The notes under the pieces are model-generated. The model did not search any database. It saw only the letters and a program-made list of their open reading frames with translations, and was not told the origin of the DNA. Positions 27,893 through 46,949 of a stretch of 64,000 nucleotides of DNA are shown piece after piece. This stretch comes from the human T2T-CHM13v2.0 reference genome, Homo sapiens: NCBI RefSeq assembly GCF_009914755.1, contig NC_060928.1; one strand, given 5' to 3'. How positions within the stretch are numbered: position 1 is the stretch's first letter; each line of letters opens with the position of its first letter. A program made the position numbers and the translations under genes.

Positions 27893-30765
27893 AAAACCTA
27901 GAAGAAATAGATAAATCCCTAGACGCATACCACCTACAAAGATTGAATCATGAGGAAGTTTAAAACCTGAATAGACCAATAACAAGTAATGAAATCAAAG
28001 TCATAATGAAAAGTCTGCCAACAAAGAAAAGCCCAGAACCCAATAGCTTCACTGCTGAATTTTAATAAACATTTAAATAAGAACTAATACCACTCCTACT
28101 CAAATTATTTCAAAAAATAGAGGAAAAGGGAATACTTCAAAACTCATTCTATGAGGCCAGTATTACCCTGACACCAAAACATGATACTGACACATCAGAA
28201 AAAGAAACTACAGGCCAATGTCCCTGATGAGCATTTATGTAAAAATCCTCAACAAAATTCTAGCAAACTGAATTCAAGAACTCATTAAAAAGATCATCCA
28301 TCATGGCCAAGTGGGATTTATCCCAGGGATGCAAGGATGGTTCAACATACACAAATCAATTAGTGTGATATGTCATATCAACAGAATGAAGAACAAAAAC
28401 CACATGATCATTTCGATTAACGTTGAAAGGGCATTTGATAAAATTTAACATTCCTTCGTAATAAAAATCCCTCAAAAAGTGGGTACAGAAGGAACATACC
28501 TCAACATAATAAAAGCCATATACAATATGCCTACAGCTAGTATCATACTGAATGAAGAAAAACTGAAAGCCTATCCTCTAACATTTGGAACAAGAGAAGG
28601 ATGCCCACTTTCACCACTAACATTGAACATAGTACTGGAAGTCCTGGCTAGGGCAATCAGACAAGAGAAAGAAATAAAGAGCACCCAGATTGGAAAGGAA
28701 GACATCAAATTATCTTTGTTTGCAGATGAGATGATCTCAGATTTGGAAAATCCTAAAGACTCCACCAAAAAAAAAGAAAAACTGTTAGAACTGTTAAACA
28801 AATTCAGTAAAGTTGAAGGATACAAAATCAACACACAAAAATCAGAAGCATTTTTATGTGCCAACAGTGAATCATCTGAATATGAAATGAAGAAAGTAAT
28901 TTAATTCACAATAGCTAAAAATAAGATAAAATACCTAGGAATAAACTTAATCAAAGAAGTGAAAAATTTGTATAATGAAAACTATAAAACACTGATGAAA
29001 GAAATTGAAGAGGACACAAAAAATGGAAACATATCCCATATTTATCAGTTGGAAAATATTGTTCAAATGTCCATACTACCCAAAACAATAAACATATTTG
29101 ATGCAATTCCTATCAAAATACTAACGGCATTCTTCACAGACATAGAAAAAATAATCTTAAAATTTGTATGGAACCACGAAAGACCCAGTATAGCCAAAGC
29201 CATTCTCACCAAAAAGAACAAAATTGGAGGAATCACATTCCCTGACTTCAAATTATGCTACAGAACATAATCAAAACCACATGATACTTGCATAAAAACA
29301 GGCACACAGACCAATGGAACAGAATAGAGAAACCAGAAATAAATCCATATGGCTACAGTGAACTTATTTTTAACAAAGATGCCAAGAACCTTAGGGAAAT
29401 GATGGTCTCTTCAATAAATGCTGCTGGGAAAACTGGATAGCCATACACAGAAGAATGAAACTAGACCCTTATTTCTCACCATACACAAAAATAAAATCAA
29501 AATACATTAAAGACTTAAATCTAAGACTTTAAACTATGAAACTACTAAAAGAAATATTAGGGAAACTCTCCAGGACATTGGTCAAGGCAAAGATTTCTTG
29601 AGTTATACCCCATAAGCACAGGCAATCAAAGCAAAAATGGACAAATGGGATCACATCAAGTTAAAAAGCTTCTGTAAAGCAAAGGAAGCAATCAACAGCA
29701 ACCCACAGAATGGAAAAAAGTATTTGCAAATTGTCCATCTGACAAGGGATTAATTACCAGAATATATAAGGAGCTCAAAAAACTCCATAGGAAAAAATAT
29801 CTAATAGTCTGATTTTAAAATTTGATTTCTCAAAAGAAGGCATACAAATGGCAACACATATTTTGAAAAAGTGCTCAACATCATTGAGCATCTGAGAAAT
29901 GCAAATCAAAATTACAATGAGATATCAGCTCCCTCTGGTTAAAATGGCTTTGATCCAAAAGACAGGCAATAACAAATATTAGTGAGGATATGGAGAAAAG
30001 GAAACCCTCACACACTGTTGGTGGGAATGTAAACTAGTAGTACAGTCACTGGAGAACAGTATAGAGGTTCCTCAAAAATCTAAAATAAGAACTACCATAT
30101 GATCTAGCAATCCTGCTGCTAGGTATATACCCAAAAGAAAGGAAATAAATATAACAAAGACATCTGCATCCCCAAGCAACCTAAGTATCCATCAACAAAC
30201 AAATGGATAAAGAAATGTGGTACATATACATAATAGAGTACTATTCAGTCATTAAAAAGAATGAGATCTTGTTATTTGCAACAACAGGGATGGAACTGAA
30301 AGTCTTCATGTTAAGTGAAATAAGCCAGGCACAGAAAGACAAACTTTGCGTGTTCTCATTTATACATGAGAGCTAAAAATTAAAACAATTGAACTCATGG
30401 AGATAGACAGTAGAATGGTAGCTACCAGAGATTGGGAAGGATAGTGGATGGGGAGGGAAGTGGGGATGGTTAATGGGTACAAACAATATAGTTAGATAGA
30501 ATGAACAAGGTCTAATATTTAATAGCACAACAGGGTGACCACAGTCAACAGTAATATATTCTACATTTTAAAATAACTAATAGAGTATAATTGGGATGTT
30601 TATAACATGAAGAAATGATAAATGCTTGAGGTGATGTGATTTACCTTGATGTGATTATTACACATTGTATGCCTATATCAAAATATCTCATGTACCCCAT
30701 AAATATATATATATATATATACCTACTGTGTACCAATAAAAAAATTAAAATTAAAATCTTTAAAA
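27893..30765 (+). mobile_element. L1MA1-3-like ORF2 (RT to C-terminus) and 3'UTR
   Basis: ORF 28479-28904 ([11 protein letters not shown]...LFADEM); 3'UTR gcacaacagggtgac...atctcatgtaccccataaatatata; A tail. Confidence 0.92.
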
Positions 30766-30782
30766 AAACTAAGACATAAATC

Positions 30783-30900
30783 AATTCATTTAATCTTCTA
30801 AAAATCCTCTGAGACCAGTAATACTATTCCCATTTAACAGATATGGTTAAGTGACTTGATCCAGACCACACAGTTGGTCAACAGCAGATCCTGGGGCTAA
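30783..30900 (-). mobile_element. MIR fragment
   Basis: tcatttaatcttc...attcccatttaacagat...ggttaagtgacttg...ccacacag. Confidence 0.75.
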
Positions 30901-31019
30901 ATGATCTGTGATAGAAAACTTGTAAGATTCCCAACTATCATATATTGATGCTTTCAAAGATCCAATAAATATAAACAATTTCAAGAAATATAATTTTAAA
31001 ATAAAACCATATGAAACAA

Positions 31020-31277
31020 ACAAAAATATAGCCTGTCTGTGAGTGAAGCAATACTAGGAAAAGGAACTCTCATGGCTGTATCAAGAATATATTTTTTTCT
31101 GATTTGTCTCCACAAATATATTCCTGATACAGCCATGAGAGTTCCTGGCTCAAACTCTGACTAAGGCAATGTTATATCTAGATATTTCAGTGTTATGAGT
31201 TAATAAATTCCCAATTTTCCCTAATTACTTTGAGTTTCGCTTCTGTCAAAATCAACAAAAATATCTCTGGCTAATAG
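31020..31277 (+). mobile_element. LTR16-like ERVL LTR, 3' part
   Basis: gcctgtctgtgagtgaagc...tgagttaataaattccc...tttgagtt...ttctgtca...ctaataga terminus. Confidence 0.65.
31062..31146. repeat. Inverted repeat, 33-bp arms (32/33 complementary), 19-bp spacer
   Basis: aggaactctcatggctgtatcaagaatatattt ... aaatatattcctgatacagccatgagagttcct. Confidence 0.97.
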
Positions 31278-31505
31278 ATTTATCAATTTACAGAATGATT
31301 TATTTTCAAAAATGTGTGGAAATCTGGGGAAAGGGCTTGCCTGGTGAGACTGTTCCCCCACAAGAGCAGCTGAGGTAGGAGCCTGAATTAATTTCCCAGT
31401 TTGATTGAGGACCTGTAGAGGACCATGCAGTATCAAGCATGAGGCCAGATGACATAAGGCTAAATCATAGATATTAAAGTCCCTAAGACCTATAGTGAAG
31501 ATAAT

Positions 31506-31930
31506 AGTCTTAGTCTGTTTTTGTGTTGCTCTAAAGAAATATCTGAGGCTGATATTTCGTAATTTATAAGGAAAAGAAATTTATTTGGCTCATAGTTCTG
31601 CAGGGCTGTACAAGAAGCATGACACCAGCATTTGCTTCTTATGAGGACCTCAGGAAGCTTCAAATTATGATGGAAGGGGTGTAGGAGCCAGTATGTCACA
31701 TGACGATAGCAGGAGCAAGAAGGAGGGGAGGGGTGTCATGCTCTTTTAAAGAATCAGCTCTTGAGTCAGCTAATAGAGCAAGAACTCACTTATTGCCACT
31801 GGGATGGCACCAACCCATTCATGAGGGATCCACCCCCATGACCCAAACACATCCCACCAGACCCCACCTCCAACACCGAGGATCAATTTCAGCATAAGAT
31901 TTGGAGGGGACAAATATCCAAACTATATCA
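31506..31930 (-). mobile_element. MSTB-like solo LTR
   Basis: gtcttagtctgtttttgtgttgct...ggctcatagttctgcagg...caaatatccaaactatatca. Confidence 0.92.
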
Positions 31931-34394
31931 ACATTGAGCTCATGAAACATTGAATTGGAATTTTCTGAAAAACTGTGGAGAATTTGGCTTCATCTTTAAA
32001 TTTGAGGTTTAAAAGAAAAAGTGCAGAAGTATAAACTCAAGTGCAAAAAAGCAAAGAGAGGAAACAAGAAGTAAGATTAAGAATTCACAGGAATTCACAG
32101 AAATTAGGAGAAGATTCTCACAAGTTGTAAACTGGTGGTTCCAGACATGTTGAACCAGATCTTTAAATGGTAGAGGGCTCTAGATAACATCAATATTACA
32201 GGATTTTGTGAGACACATTTATTATTCATTATTACCTAGTCTGGACCGAAAAGGTCCCCATTTAATGATTGATTAAGATCCAACCTTGCTGTTTCCAACT
32301 TTTCAGTAGACATCAATATTCCAGAGATTGGCTTCCTGTTTCTGATAGGGAGCTGGGTACTAAAGGTCAGGCTTGGATTGAAACAAAAAGTTGAAAGATG
32401 GATGGAGAAAAGAAGAAAGTTCTCACCAATCTCTACACCCTCTCAAACACCTTTTCAAAACACCCCCTCTGAAATCTATCCCCCACTTTACTGAATGTTC
32501 ATTGCTTCCTTAAAGGAGAAACAAACCCCAAGTCGAAAAACTTCACTCAGTTTTAGATAGAATTTATTCAGAAATTATTCTGTAACCATGAGGAAAAAGC
32601 AACCAATAAATGCTGGTCAAGTGAAAATATAGGAAAAGCCATAGCATTTGATGACATGCTTGAGTAACTTAACTTATACACATTGGATTTCTTGTATGTA
32701 ACAACAACAACAACAACAACAAAACATATTTTAAGCAACTCTTGACAGGATTTTTGTCTCTTCCAATCAAACAAAATCCTGAATAGTACATATATAAAAG
32801 ATGTAAAAATGGATAGTGAAACAAACTTTTTAAATTTAGAAAATCTTCGTGAAGGAAAAAAAACTGCATGTGAATGCTGTGATTTAGGTCCCTCTAAGAA
32901 AATAACTATGTCATATATCATAATAAAGCTGTCAAGAGAAATTAAAGTTGAAACAAATACTAAATAAAGTTAACAAAGATCTCATTCAGTGAAATGCTAT
33001 TTGTACAAAGAATACTTGACCTTCAAAAGCCAGAATCTGCAAAGTTTTTAAGAGTTTGTAAACCACTGAGATAAATCCCCATTCAAAAGAAACAGTCCTT
33101 ATATTGGAAGATCTCATTCACAAAAGAAAACAGAAATAGCACTTCAGTGCAACCTCTAAGAATGAAAAAGACACAAAACATGTCTTTGCATGGGCTAGAG
33201 ATTAGAGCAGAAATGTTTTTAAATGGCAAGAAGAAAATGATACAAAATATTCATCGTAAATCTCTGACAGTCAAATCCCCATACAATTAGAAAAAAAAAA
33301 GAAAATGCTTTAAATGGCCTACAGATTTCAAACTCATATAAGAATTGTTCAGATTTCTCCTTTATTTAAAAAAAAATCTGAAGAAGCTCTCAGATAAGGG
33401 TGCAAAAAATGTATTATGTAATAAATAAATTTGTAGAGAGTGTGTCAGCCAAAACCTTTAGCAAAGCACTACTAAGCAGTAGCACTACTAATTCCATGTG
33501 AGACAGATACTTGCTCTCAATAGACCTCAGGCTACTCTACTGTAAAGGAGGAAAAGGAGTTTGAACTAGATAATAGCTAAGACTCACTACAATCCTAAAA
33601 TTCTTAAATAATACATTTCCTTATTACATAAATGATATGTATTCATTAGAGAAAAAAAGAATAAACACAGATTAGCAGAAACAACATGTGATTCTTGCCA
33701 AAACCAAGGTTATCTTCTTTGACAATTTCTTTTCAAAACAATGAAACAGAGGTTTCAGAATACTGAGAGAGCTCAGTCAGATTTGTTTGTCTATTTTGTA
33801 CCCATGGTCATGACTTGGGTCATGACCTAAGGACGGGTCAGATGTTTGGGTCAGATATTACCTAAACTGCTTCTCAATCATCTGCTAGTGAGACTTTCTC
33901 TTTCAAATATGCAAGTCGTCTGGACCTTTTCCAGGATAAATATTTGGACAAAAAGGGGGGTTTTATACTCAAACTTTGTGAGTACAATCTGGAAATTTCT
34001 TCAATGCAGAATAATATTCCCATCTAAATGTACCTTCTTGGCTTCATTGAAGCACTGAAGCGCAATTTTTTTGTTCCCTAATAAAATCATTAAAAGAACT
34101 ATAAACCAAAACTCTAGAAGACAGGGCTGTAATACAGATCTTTTAAACCCTCTATGTTCTCTTAAACTGTTGTGGTACTGAGCTTAGGAAAGCTAATGTT
34201 AATTCATTGGTCCATTTTTTTTCCCAGGAGAAGAAAGATTGCCATACGTTCAATGTTAAAAACCTCCCCAGTCTATAACCAGGATGGTATGAGGGTCTTC
34301 TGAGATAGTGAGATAGTTGTATTTCAACTGGCTTTTTGTCACGTAACATATCAGAAGCATCTTTCCATTCATTAAATGTATCCCTGTATCGTTA

Positions 34395-34713
34395 TTATTA
34401 TTATTTTTATTTTATTTTAATTTTTTTTTTTGAGACAGAGTCTCACTCTGTCGCCCAAGCTGGAGTGCAGTGGCACAATCTCGGCTGACTGCAAGCTCCG
34501 CCTCTCAGGTTCATGCCATTCTCCTGCCCCAGCCTCCTGAGTAGCTGGGGCTACAGGGGCACGCCGCCAAGCCAGACCAATTTTTTGTATTTTTTAGTAG
34601 AGACGGGGTTTCACCGTGTTAGCCACGATGGTCTTGATCTCCTGACATTGTGATCCACCCGCCTCAGCCTCCCAAAGTGCTGGGATTACAGGTGTAAGCC
34701 ACTGTGCTCCGCC
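34395..34713 (-). mobile_element. AluY
   Basis: gcaagctccgcc, gccattctcctg, ttcaccgtgttagcca diagnostics; T-rich tail. Confidence 0.95.
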
Positions 34714-34975
34714 TCATTATTTTTTTTAAGAATTAACTTTCTTGCTATTTTTAATTACAAATGTAATACCTCCTCCATTGTTTCATCTTGAACACTTTAC
34801 TTAAAATAAAAGCTTCAATTTCCTCATCAGTAAATTGAGAAGAATATAATCCTATCTTTTGTCATGAAAATTAAAGAGAAAATTAGTATGTGTCATTTAT
34901 CACAGTGCTGGAAATATAGCATCATATTATAAGTATAAGGTTTTTAAAAAAATTCAAACAGTATAGTAAATTATT

Positions 34976-35090
34976 AGTAAATTTTACTTTTACTAATTAA
35001 TTTTAAAAGTAAATTTTACTTTTACTAATTAATTTTAAAAGTAAATTTTACTTTTACTAATTAATTTTAAAAGTAAATTTTACTTTTACT
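34976..35090. repeat. Perfect 32-bp AT-rich minisatellite, 3.6 copies
   Basis: Unit agtaaattttacttttactaattaattttaaa starting at 34976, 35008, 35040, 35072. Confidence 0.97.
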
Positions 35091-35479
35091 TTTAAAAAAG
35101 TAAAAATAACCAGCAATCCTATCACCCGTAGTAACTTCTTTTGGCATTTCCTTTCAATCTTTATAGAACTTTCTCTAGACATATATATATATATGTAAGT
35201 GCTCACAGACAAAAACTCATGCTTTATATTTTTATTTTTTGCCATTGTTTAGCAGAGTGTTACATAAATATTTGTGTAATGTTGAGCATTGAGGATTTAA
35301 TTAGCGTAAATGTTACTTTATGAAAAATTTCTATTGTATTCAGCCCCAACCAATGGAGCATTTATTTCATATAATGTTTGAAACATTAAAAACTCAGTAT
35401 AAAAAAGAATCTGAATATTTTTTCACAGTTCATTAGAATATGATTTAACTTATAATTTGAAAAATGTATGTGCGGGCTT

Positions 35480-35720
35480 ATATCAATTAAAATGATTTGC
35501 CTACAAGTAACAGAAAATGTAATTCAAATTGAATTTAACAATGGAAACATTTATATTTCCCTATAACTAGAAATTCAGAAATAGGGTGTTCAGTTCAGAA
35601 ATAGAGTGGCTTGATCTAGTATTTTGGGCTCAATTTCTTTTGGTCTTGATCTCTTTCAGATTTTAGATTCATCTCCATGCTATTAACATCATACAGAACT
35701 TCCTTGTATCACATTTACAC
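35480..35720 (-). mobile_element. Ancient ERVL/MaLR-type LTR fragment
   Basis: caagtaacagaaaatgtaattcaaattgaatttaacaat...tttat...ataactagaaattcag resembles the reverse of LTR16/LTR33/MLT1 ends. Confidence 0.45.
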
Positions 35721-35779
35721 ATGAGAATGGCACAAGGTAAATATGATTTACTTCTAGAAGTTATCTGGAAATTCAGCCA

Positions 35780-36650
35780 TAATAGGTTAATAGGTATCAG
35801 GTTTGCCCTCCTGCAGTAAATAGCAACAAAGCAGAGCAAATATATGAGGCAGATGTTTTCAAGCATTAGACAAAAGAAAGCATGAGACAGTGATCTTTGG
35901 GAGAAGAAAAACACATAACACAAGTTCTACTGCTCCTGTTTTGGTTCTATGCATACTTTCAAACTGCCTTAGATAGAGGTATAACCTGAATCAGTCTTGC
36001 TGAATGTATAATATTAATATTAGAGTTAAGGATTGCTGAAACAGTAAGAATTGGCTAAACAGGGTGCCAGAGAGGAAGAGGTTATGCAGAGCAGGAAACA
36101 CATAAATATACTAAAAGTTATCTTGAGTCTTGGCCAGAGCCTTAGTTGTGTATGCACAGGGTGGAATTCTGCAAGCCCTGACGGGGATCAACTACTAGAA
36201 GTCTTTAAGCTGAATAAAGATTCCAGAGATCATACAATGCTGGGATTCTGACCACTCATAGACTTCATACAACTTTCTAAGCATTCAATATCTTTTAAAC
36301 CAATTTTTTATGTGACATCAGAAAAGCCATAACTTAGGAATAGGGCATATCTTAGTCATAATGTAGGGCCTCTGTAGACCCACACAAACAAAGCTGAAAA
36401 CAATGCCTCAGAAGTATCACCAAATCTATAAATCAATTTTCTGCCAAAATAAAAATCGACCCTTTGTAAAGAAAGACAACATAATTTTGACTCTCAACAT
36501 GACTTTTATAATGTCAAGCATACAATAAAAAATTACTAGATGTAATTTGACTCATAACCAGGAGAAAAAAGAAATCCATAGAAATAGTGCTAGATATAAT
36601 AAATATGTTAAAATTAACAGGAGAAAAATTAAATTGATGATAATTTCACA
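35780..36650 (+). mobile_element. Ancient L1M (L1MC/MD-like) 5' region
   Basis: tttgccctcctgcagtaaa...aaatatatgaggcagatgttttcaagcattagac; caataaaaaattactaga; ataaccaggagaaaaa...atagaaa. Confidence 0.6.
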
Positions 36651-36936
36651 ACATCATGAAAATTTTTGAGTGCTAGTCACTTTGTCTATTCTCAAGTAAA
36701 CAAATATAAAATATCCCAATTACCCTCCCAATTTCCCAAATATAAAAGAAAATGTTATATAATTTGATGTCTTCACTGTCAATCACCCCAGGTACAAAGC
36801 GGGAGACAGTTACCCTTGGAAAGGAAGAAACAGGAACTAGATCATATTCATAAAGCTTGACTGTGGGTGAACTTCATTTTGTCTGCCTTATGCTGATATG
36901 GTGATATTGGAAGATAGAAGATGGATAGTTGTTTGT

Positions 36937-37005
36937 GGGCATTGTAATTTGAAACAGAGCCTGAGGGAATGTAGGGCATTATAATTTGAAACAGAGCCTG
37001 AGGGA
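36937..37005. repeat. Tandem duplication, 32 bp matched, period 37
   Basis: gggcattg/ataatttgaaacagagcctgaggga at 36937 and 36974. Confidence 0.95.
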
Positions 37006-37021
37006 TTCAATGGCTTTTTAT

Positions 37022-40135
<3,114 letters not shown>

Positions 40136-40726
40136 ATAGTCACATATTTGATTGTAAAACTTATTTCCCAAATCAGCCAGGATTCATCCAGAAAAGCAAA
40201 ATTCATTTTACCTGTTTCAAGCAATAGGATGTTACATCCAGTAACTTCGATGATTACAAAATCAGTGGAAAGACTGGTGGAATGAAGGTCAGAAAAAGCC
40301 AGCACTAACTCTCAGGGTCACCAGTGTCTTTCAGAAACTTCAAAGGTTACAAGCATTGCAGGATATAGCTGGCAATGAACATAGGTCTTCTTGCTCCATG
40401 GTGGGTGATATTCAAGTAAATGCCCAGAGACCTCTACAAAAAGGCCTCTCTCAGTTTGCTCCTCATGAATCCATCCACCGCTGCTGAAGCAGTCTTTAGT
40501 CTTTCAAATAACATACAGATGCCTCTCATTGATAGAATCTAACCCAGAATTCTGCTGGCCAGGATTCTGAAAATTTTGTTTCCAGGCATCCAATTTCCAC
40601 TAAACAGGGAAGATTCTAGAAGAAAGAAAATGCCTCTGAGTTGCCTATAGGCCGTCAGAAATATCTTCCATCACCCCTGTTCATCAAGGCTTATATGCCT
40701 TGTGTTTGCAAAGTATTTTCACGCAC

Positions 40727-41025
40727 TTTTTTTTTTTTTTTGAGTCAGAGTCTCACTCCATCACCCAGGCTGGAGTGCAGTGGCGAGATCTCGGCTCACT
40801 GCAACCTCTCCACCTCCTAGGTTCAAGCCATTCTCATGCCTCGGCCTCCCAAGTAGCTGGAATTTCAGGCACACAACACCACGCCCAGCTAATTTTTGTA
40901 GTTTTTGTAGAGACAAGGTTTTGTCATATTGGCCAAGCTGGTCTCGAACTCCTGAACTCAAGTGGTCCTCCCGCCTCAGCCTCCCACAGTGCTAGGATTA
41001 TAGGCATGAGCCACCATGCCTGGCC
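40727..41025 (-). mobile_element. AluS
   Basis: Complete antisense dimer. Confidence 0.96.
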
Positions 41026-41643
41026 TATTTTCTTACTTGAGTTTCACCATAACATTTTGTGCTCATATGGCTGATATCGTGACCCTTAATTTGCATTTGC
41101 CTTTTCTTTATTCATTCTACAATATGCTAGTTGGCCCAAAGACACTGAGTTGTATTCCAGCAGATGCATTCTAATCAAGGAAATTTTTTGGACTCTAAGA
41201 TAGCAATTTAACTTCCACACCAAATGGTGTGATAGTGAAGGTCACTAATAGTAGTTCTCAAGTGAACTTACAAGTTTACTTCTTTAAATTGTACTTTATG
41301 TTATCTTCAAATAGAGAATTCTTAATATTTCTAACTTTATATTAATGAGGAATAATTGCGTAGACTTCTCTTACATATGTGAAAAGGACTTAAAAGTTAT
41401 ACAGTCAGACTTTCACTACCTACCAGTAATCACTTGCAAGATCAAGTTGGGCAGCACACAGAAATTTTTTGAACATTTAATTAACAAACCTAAACACATA
41501 AAGTAGCAGTGGTAAATGGCACAGTTAATATTAAGATACAAACACACCTAAAATAGTTCTTGTGTGGTATGGGGAATTGAGAAAACAAGAGAAATAGTCA
41601 ATGCAACCAACAAATCACAAACCATGGCGTCTCAACGAGCTCT

Positions 41644-41688
41644 ATTAAAAGTAATGGCAAAAACTGCAATTACTTTTGCACCAACCTA
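41644..41688. mobile_element. Half MADE1 / solo Hsmar1 TIR
   Basis: attaaaagtaatggcaaaaactgcaattacttttgcaccaaccta followed by ta. Confidence 0.93.
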
Positions 41689-41737
41689 TATAAGACCTGT
41701 ATATTCTGTCACTAACAATTCCAACAATATAAATTTA

Positions 41738-44880
<3,143 letters not shown>

Positions 44881-44890
44881 AATAAATGTA

Positions 44891-45185
<295 letters not shown>

Positions 45186-45537
45186 TTAAATGTAATCTTT
45201 TAATAATTTATTTTCTTTTTATCAATATATCAGTACATTTGAACCATACCTTTTCTAAACTTTCTAGCAGAAAATATTGATACATAGATATTTTTATGTG
45301 ATTAGCAAATTAATGCCAGGACAATCAAAGAAAATTTAAATTTTAATAAAATAGGTAGCATTATAAATAATAATACCACTGATAGATTACTTCTGGGAAT
45401 AAGTTGCGAACTAATTAGACAATGTAAAAGTAAAAGTTGTCATAAAAAAATTAAGAGAAATAATTTTATCATATTATCTCATTAAAAAACATTTTTGTGA
45501 TCTAGACACACAAATAAAAGTGACTTTAATCACATTT

Positions 45538-45690
45538 ATTTCTCCTCCTTCTCCTTCACTTTATTCTGTCCCCTTTCTCTCCCATTCTTCCTCCTATTAC
45601 CCTTCTCCATTTTATCCTCTTCTTTCCTTCAACTCCTCCTCATTGTTTCATTGTTCTTCTCAATCTCCCTTCCTCCTTCTCCTCCTCTCA
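45538..45690. repeat. CT-rich low-complexity tract
   Basis: Pyrimidine-rich tcc/ttc runs. Confidence 0.8.
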
Positions 45691-45724
45691 GGTCCTAAGA
45701 TTTCCTACTAACGAAAATTGCTGA

Positions 45725-46037
45725 GGCCGGGTGCGGTGGCTCACACCTGTAATCCCACCAATTTGCGACGTGGAGGCAGGCAGATGTCTTCAGCTTAGGA
45801 GTTTAAGACCTGCCTGGGCAACATGGCAAAACCCTGTCTCTACCCAAAAAAAAATTAGCTGGCTGTGGTGGCACATCCCTGTAGTCCTAGATACTTGGGA
45901 GGCTGAGGTGAGGGGATCTCCTGAGTCTGGGAATTTGAGGGTGCTGTAAGCTGTGATAGTGCCACTGCACTCCAGCCTGGGCAACAGAGCAAGACCCTGT
46001 CTCAAAATAATAAAATAAAACATAAAACAAAATAAAA
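45725..46037 (+). mobile_element. AluJ
   Basis: Complete diverged dimer with (taaaa)n tail. Confidence 0.94.
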
Positions 46038-46949
46038 TTGGCTAAACAAGAGAATGACCCTCACAAACAGAAAGTTGTTTAGCAGAATAGTGACATAAAC
46101 AATAATTTTTTAAGTGTAATACTCATTAAAAATCAGTTCTTAAAAGCCCATTTTTAAAAACACTGATGGAGTGCCTCATGGGTATCAAACACAGTCTTAA
46201 GTATTTGAAAAACATTTTATCCTGCCAAATTGCATATGATGTAGTTAACTAAATCAAGATTCAAACCCAGGCCAGTTCTGATGCATGTCCATGCTGCTTC
46301 CTCTAGTTTCTTCTTATTGGGGACTTTCATTTACACCTATGCTCTGGTCTACTTACCAATTGCCTCTGAATTAATTGCTATTTAAACTAATTAGAGGAAC
46401 AACTTCCATTTGCCTTCAAGTCTCCCAATCAACTAGAATTATCTGCTGCTCCTTCTGACAGTATTACATCCTCATTATTTACCACCTCTCTTTCCAAAGC
46501 AGACAACTGAAAACTCCTGTCACCTCTTAACCCCATTTATGAATCTTTTTATTTAATTGGGAAAAAGTTTATATGCCACTCTCAGAGGAAAGAGAACTCT
46601 TTCCCTCCCCCTAATAATATTTGCTCTCTAGAAGAACTGAGTGGGAGAGGAAAACAAGTGAGGCAAACAGCATGAGAGGACAGGAGGCATCTCAAATTGT
46701 AACCACAGTGATTCTTTACTAATCAGCTGAGATAGCCTAGCAACCTGAAACTTTGAAAAATGTTCCTATGGTACAAAAAATTATAGCTTCGTTAGAAATC
46801 TAAGTAGACATCTTAGCAAGAGATATCTGAAAAGGTTTGTCAAAATAAAAACATCTGGTATATATTTAGCACTTCTCCTAATAATTTTTATAATTATTAT
46901 ATTATTGAGCCTTACAAGCCTGTAAAAATGTCTAAACAACTTTTTGGCT

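Noticed and set aside
26088-29270. L1 endonuclease and RT ORFs as an active retroelement
   Set aside because: Fragmented by stops, frameshifts and rearrangements
40160-40660. Possible ancient LTR remnant
   Set aside because: Only faint resemblance; family and limits not supportable
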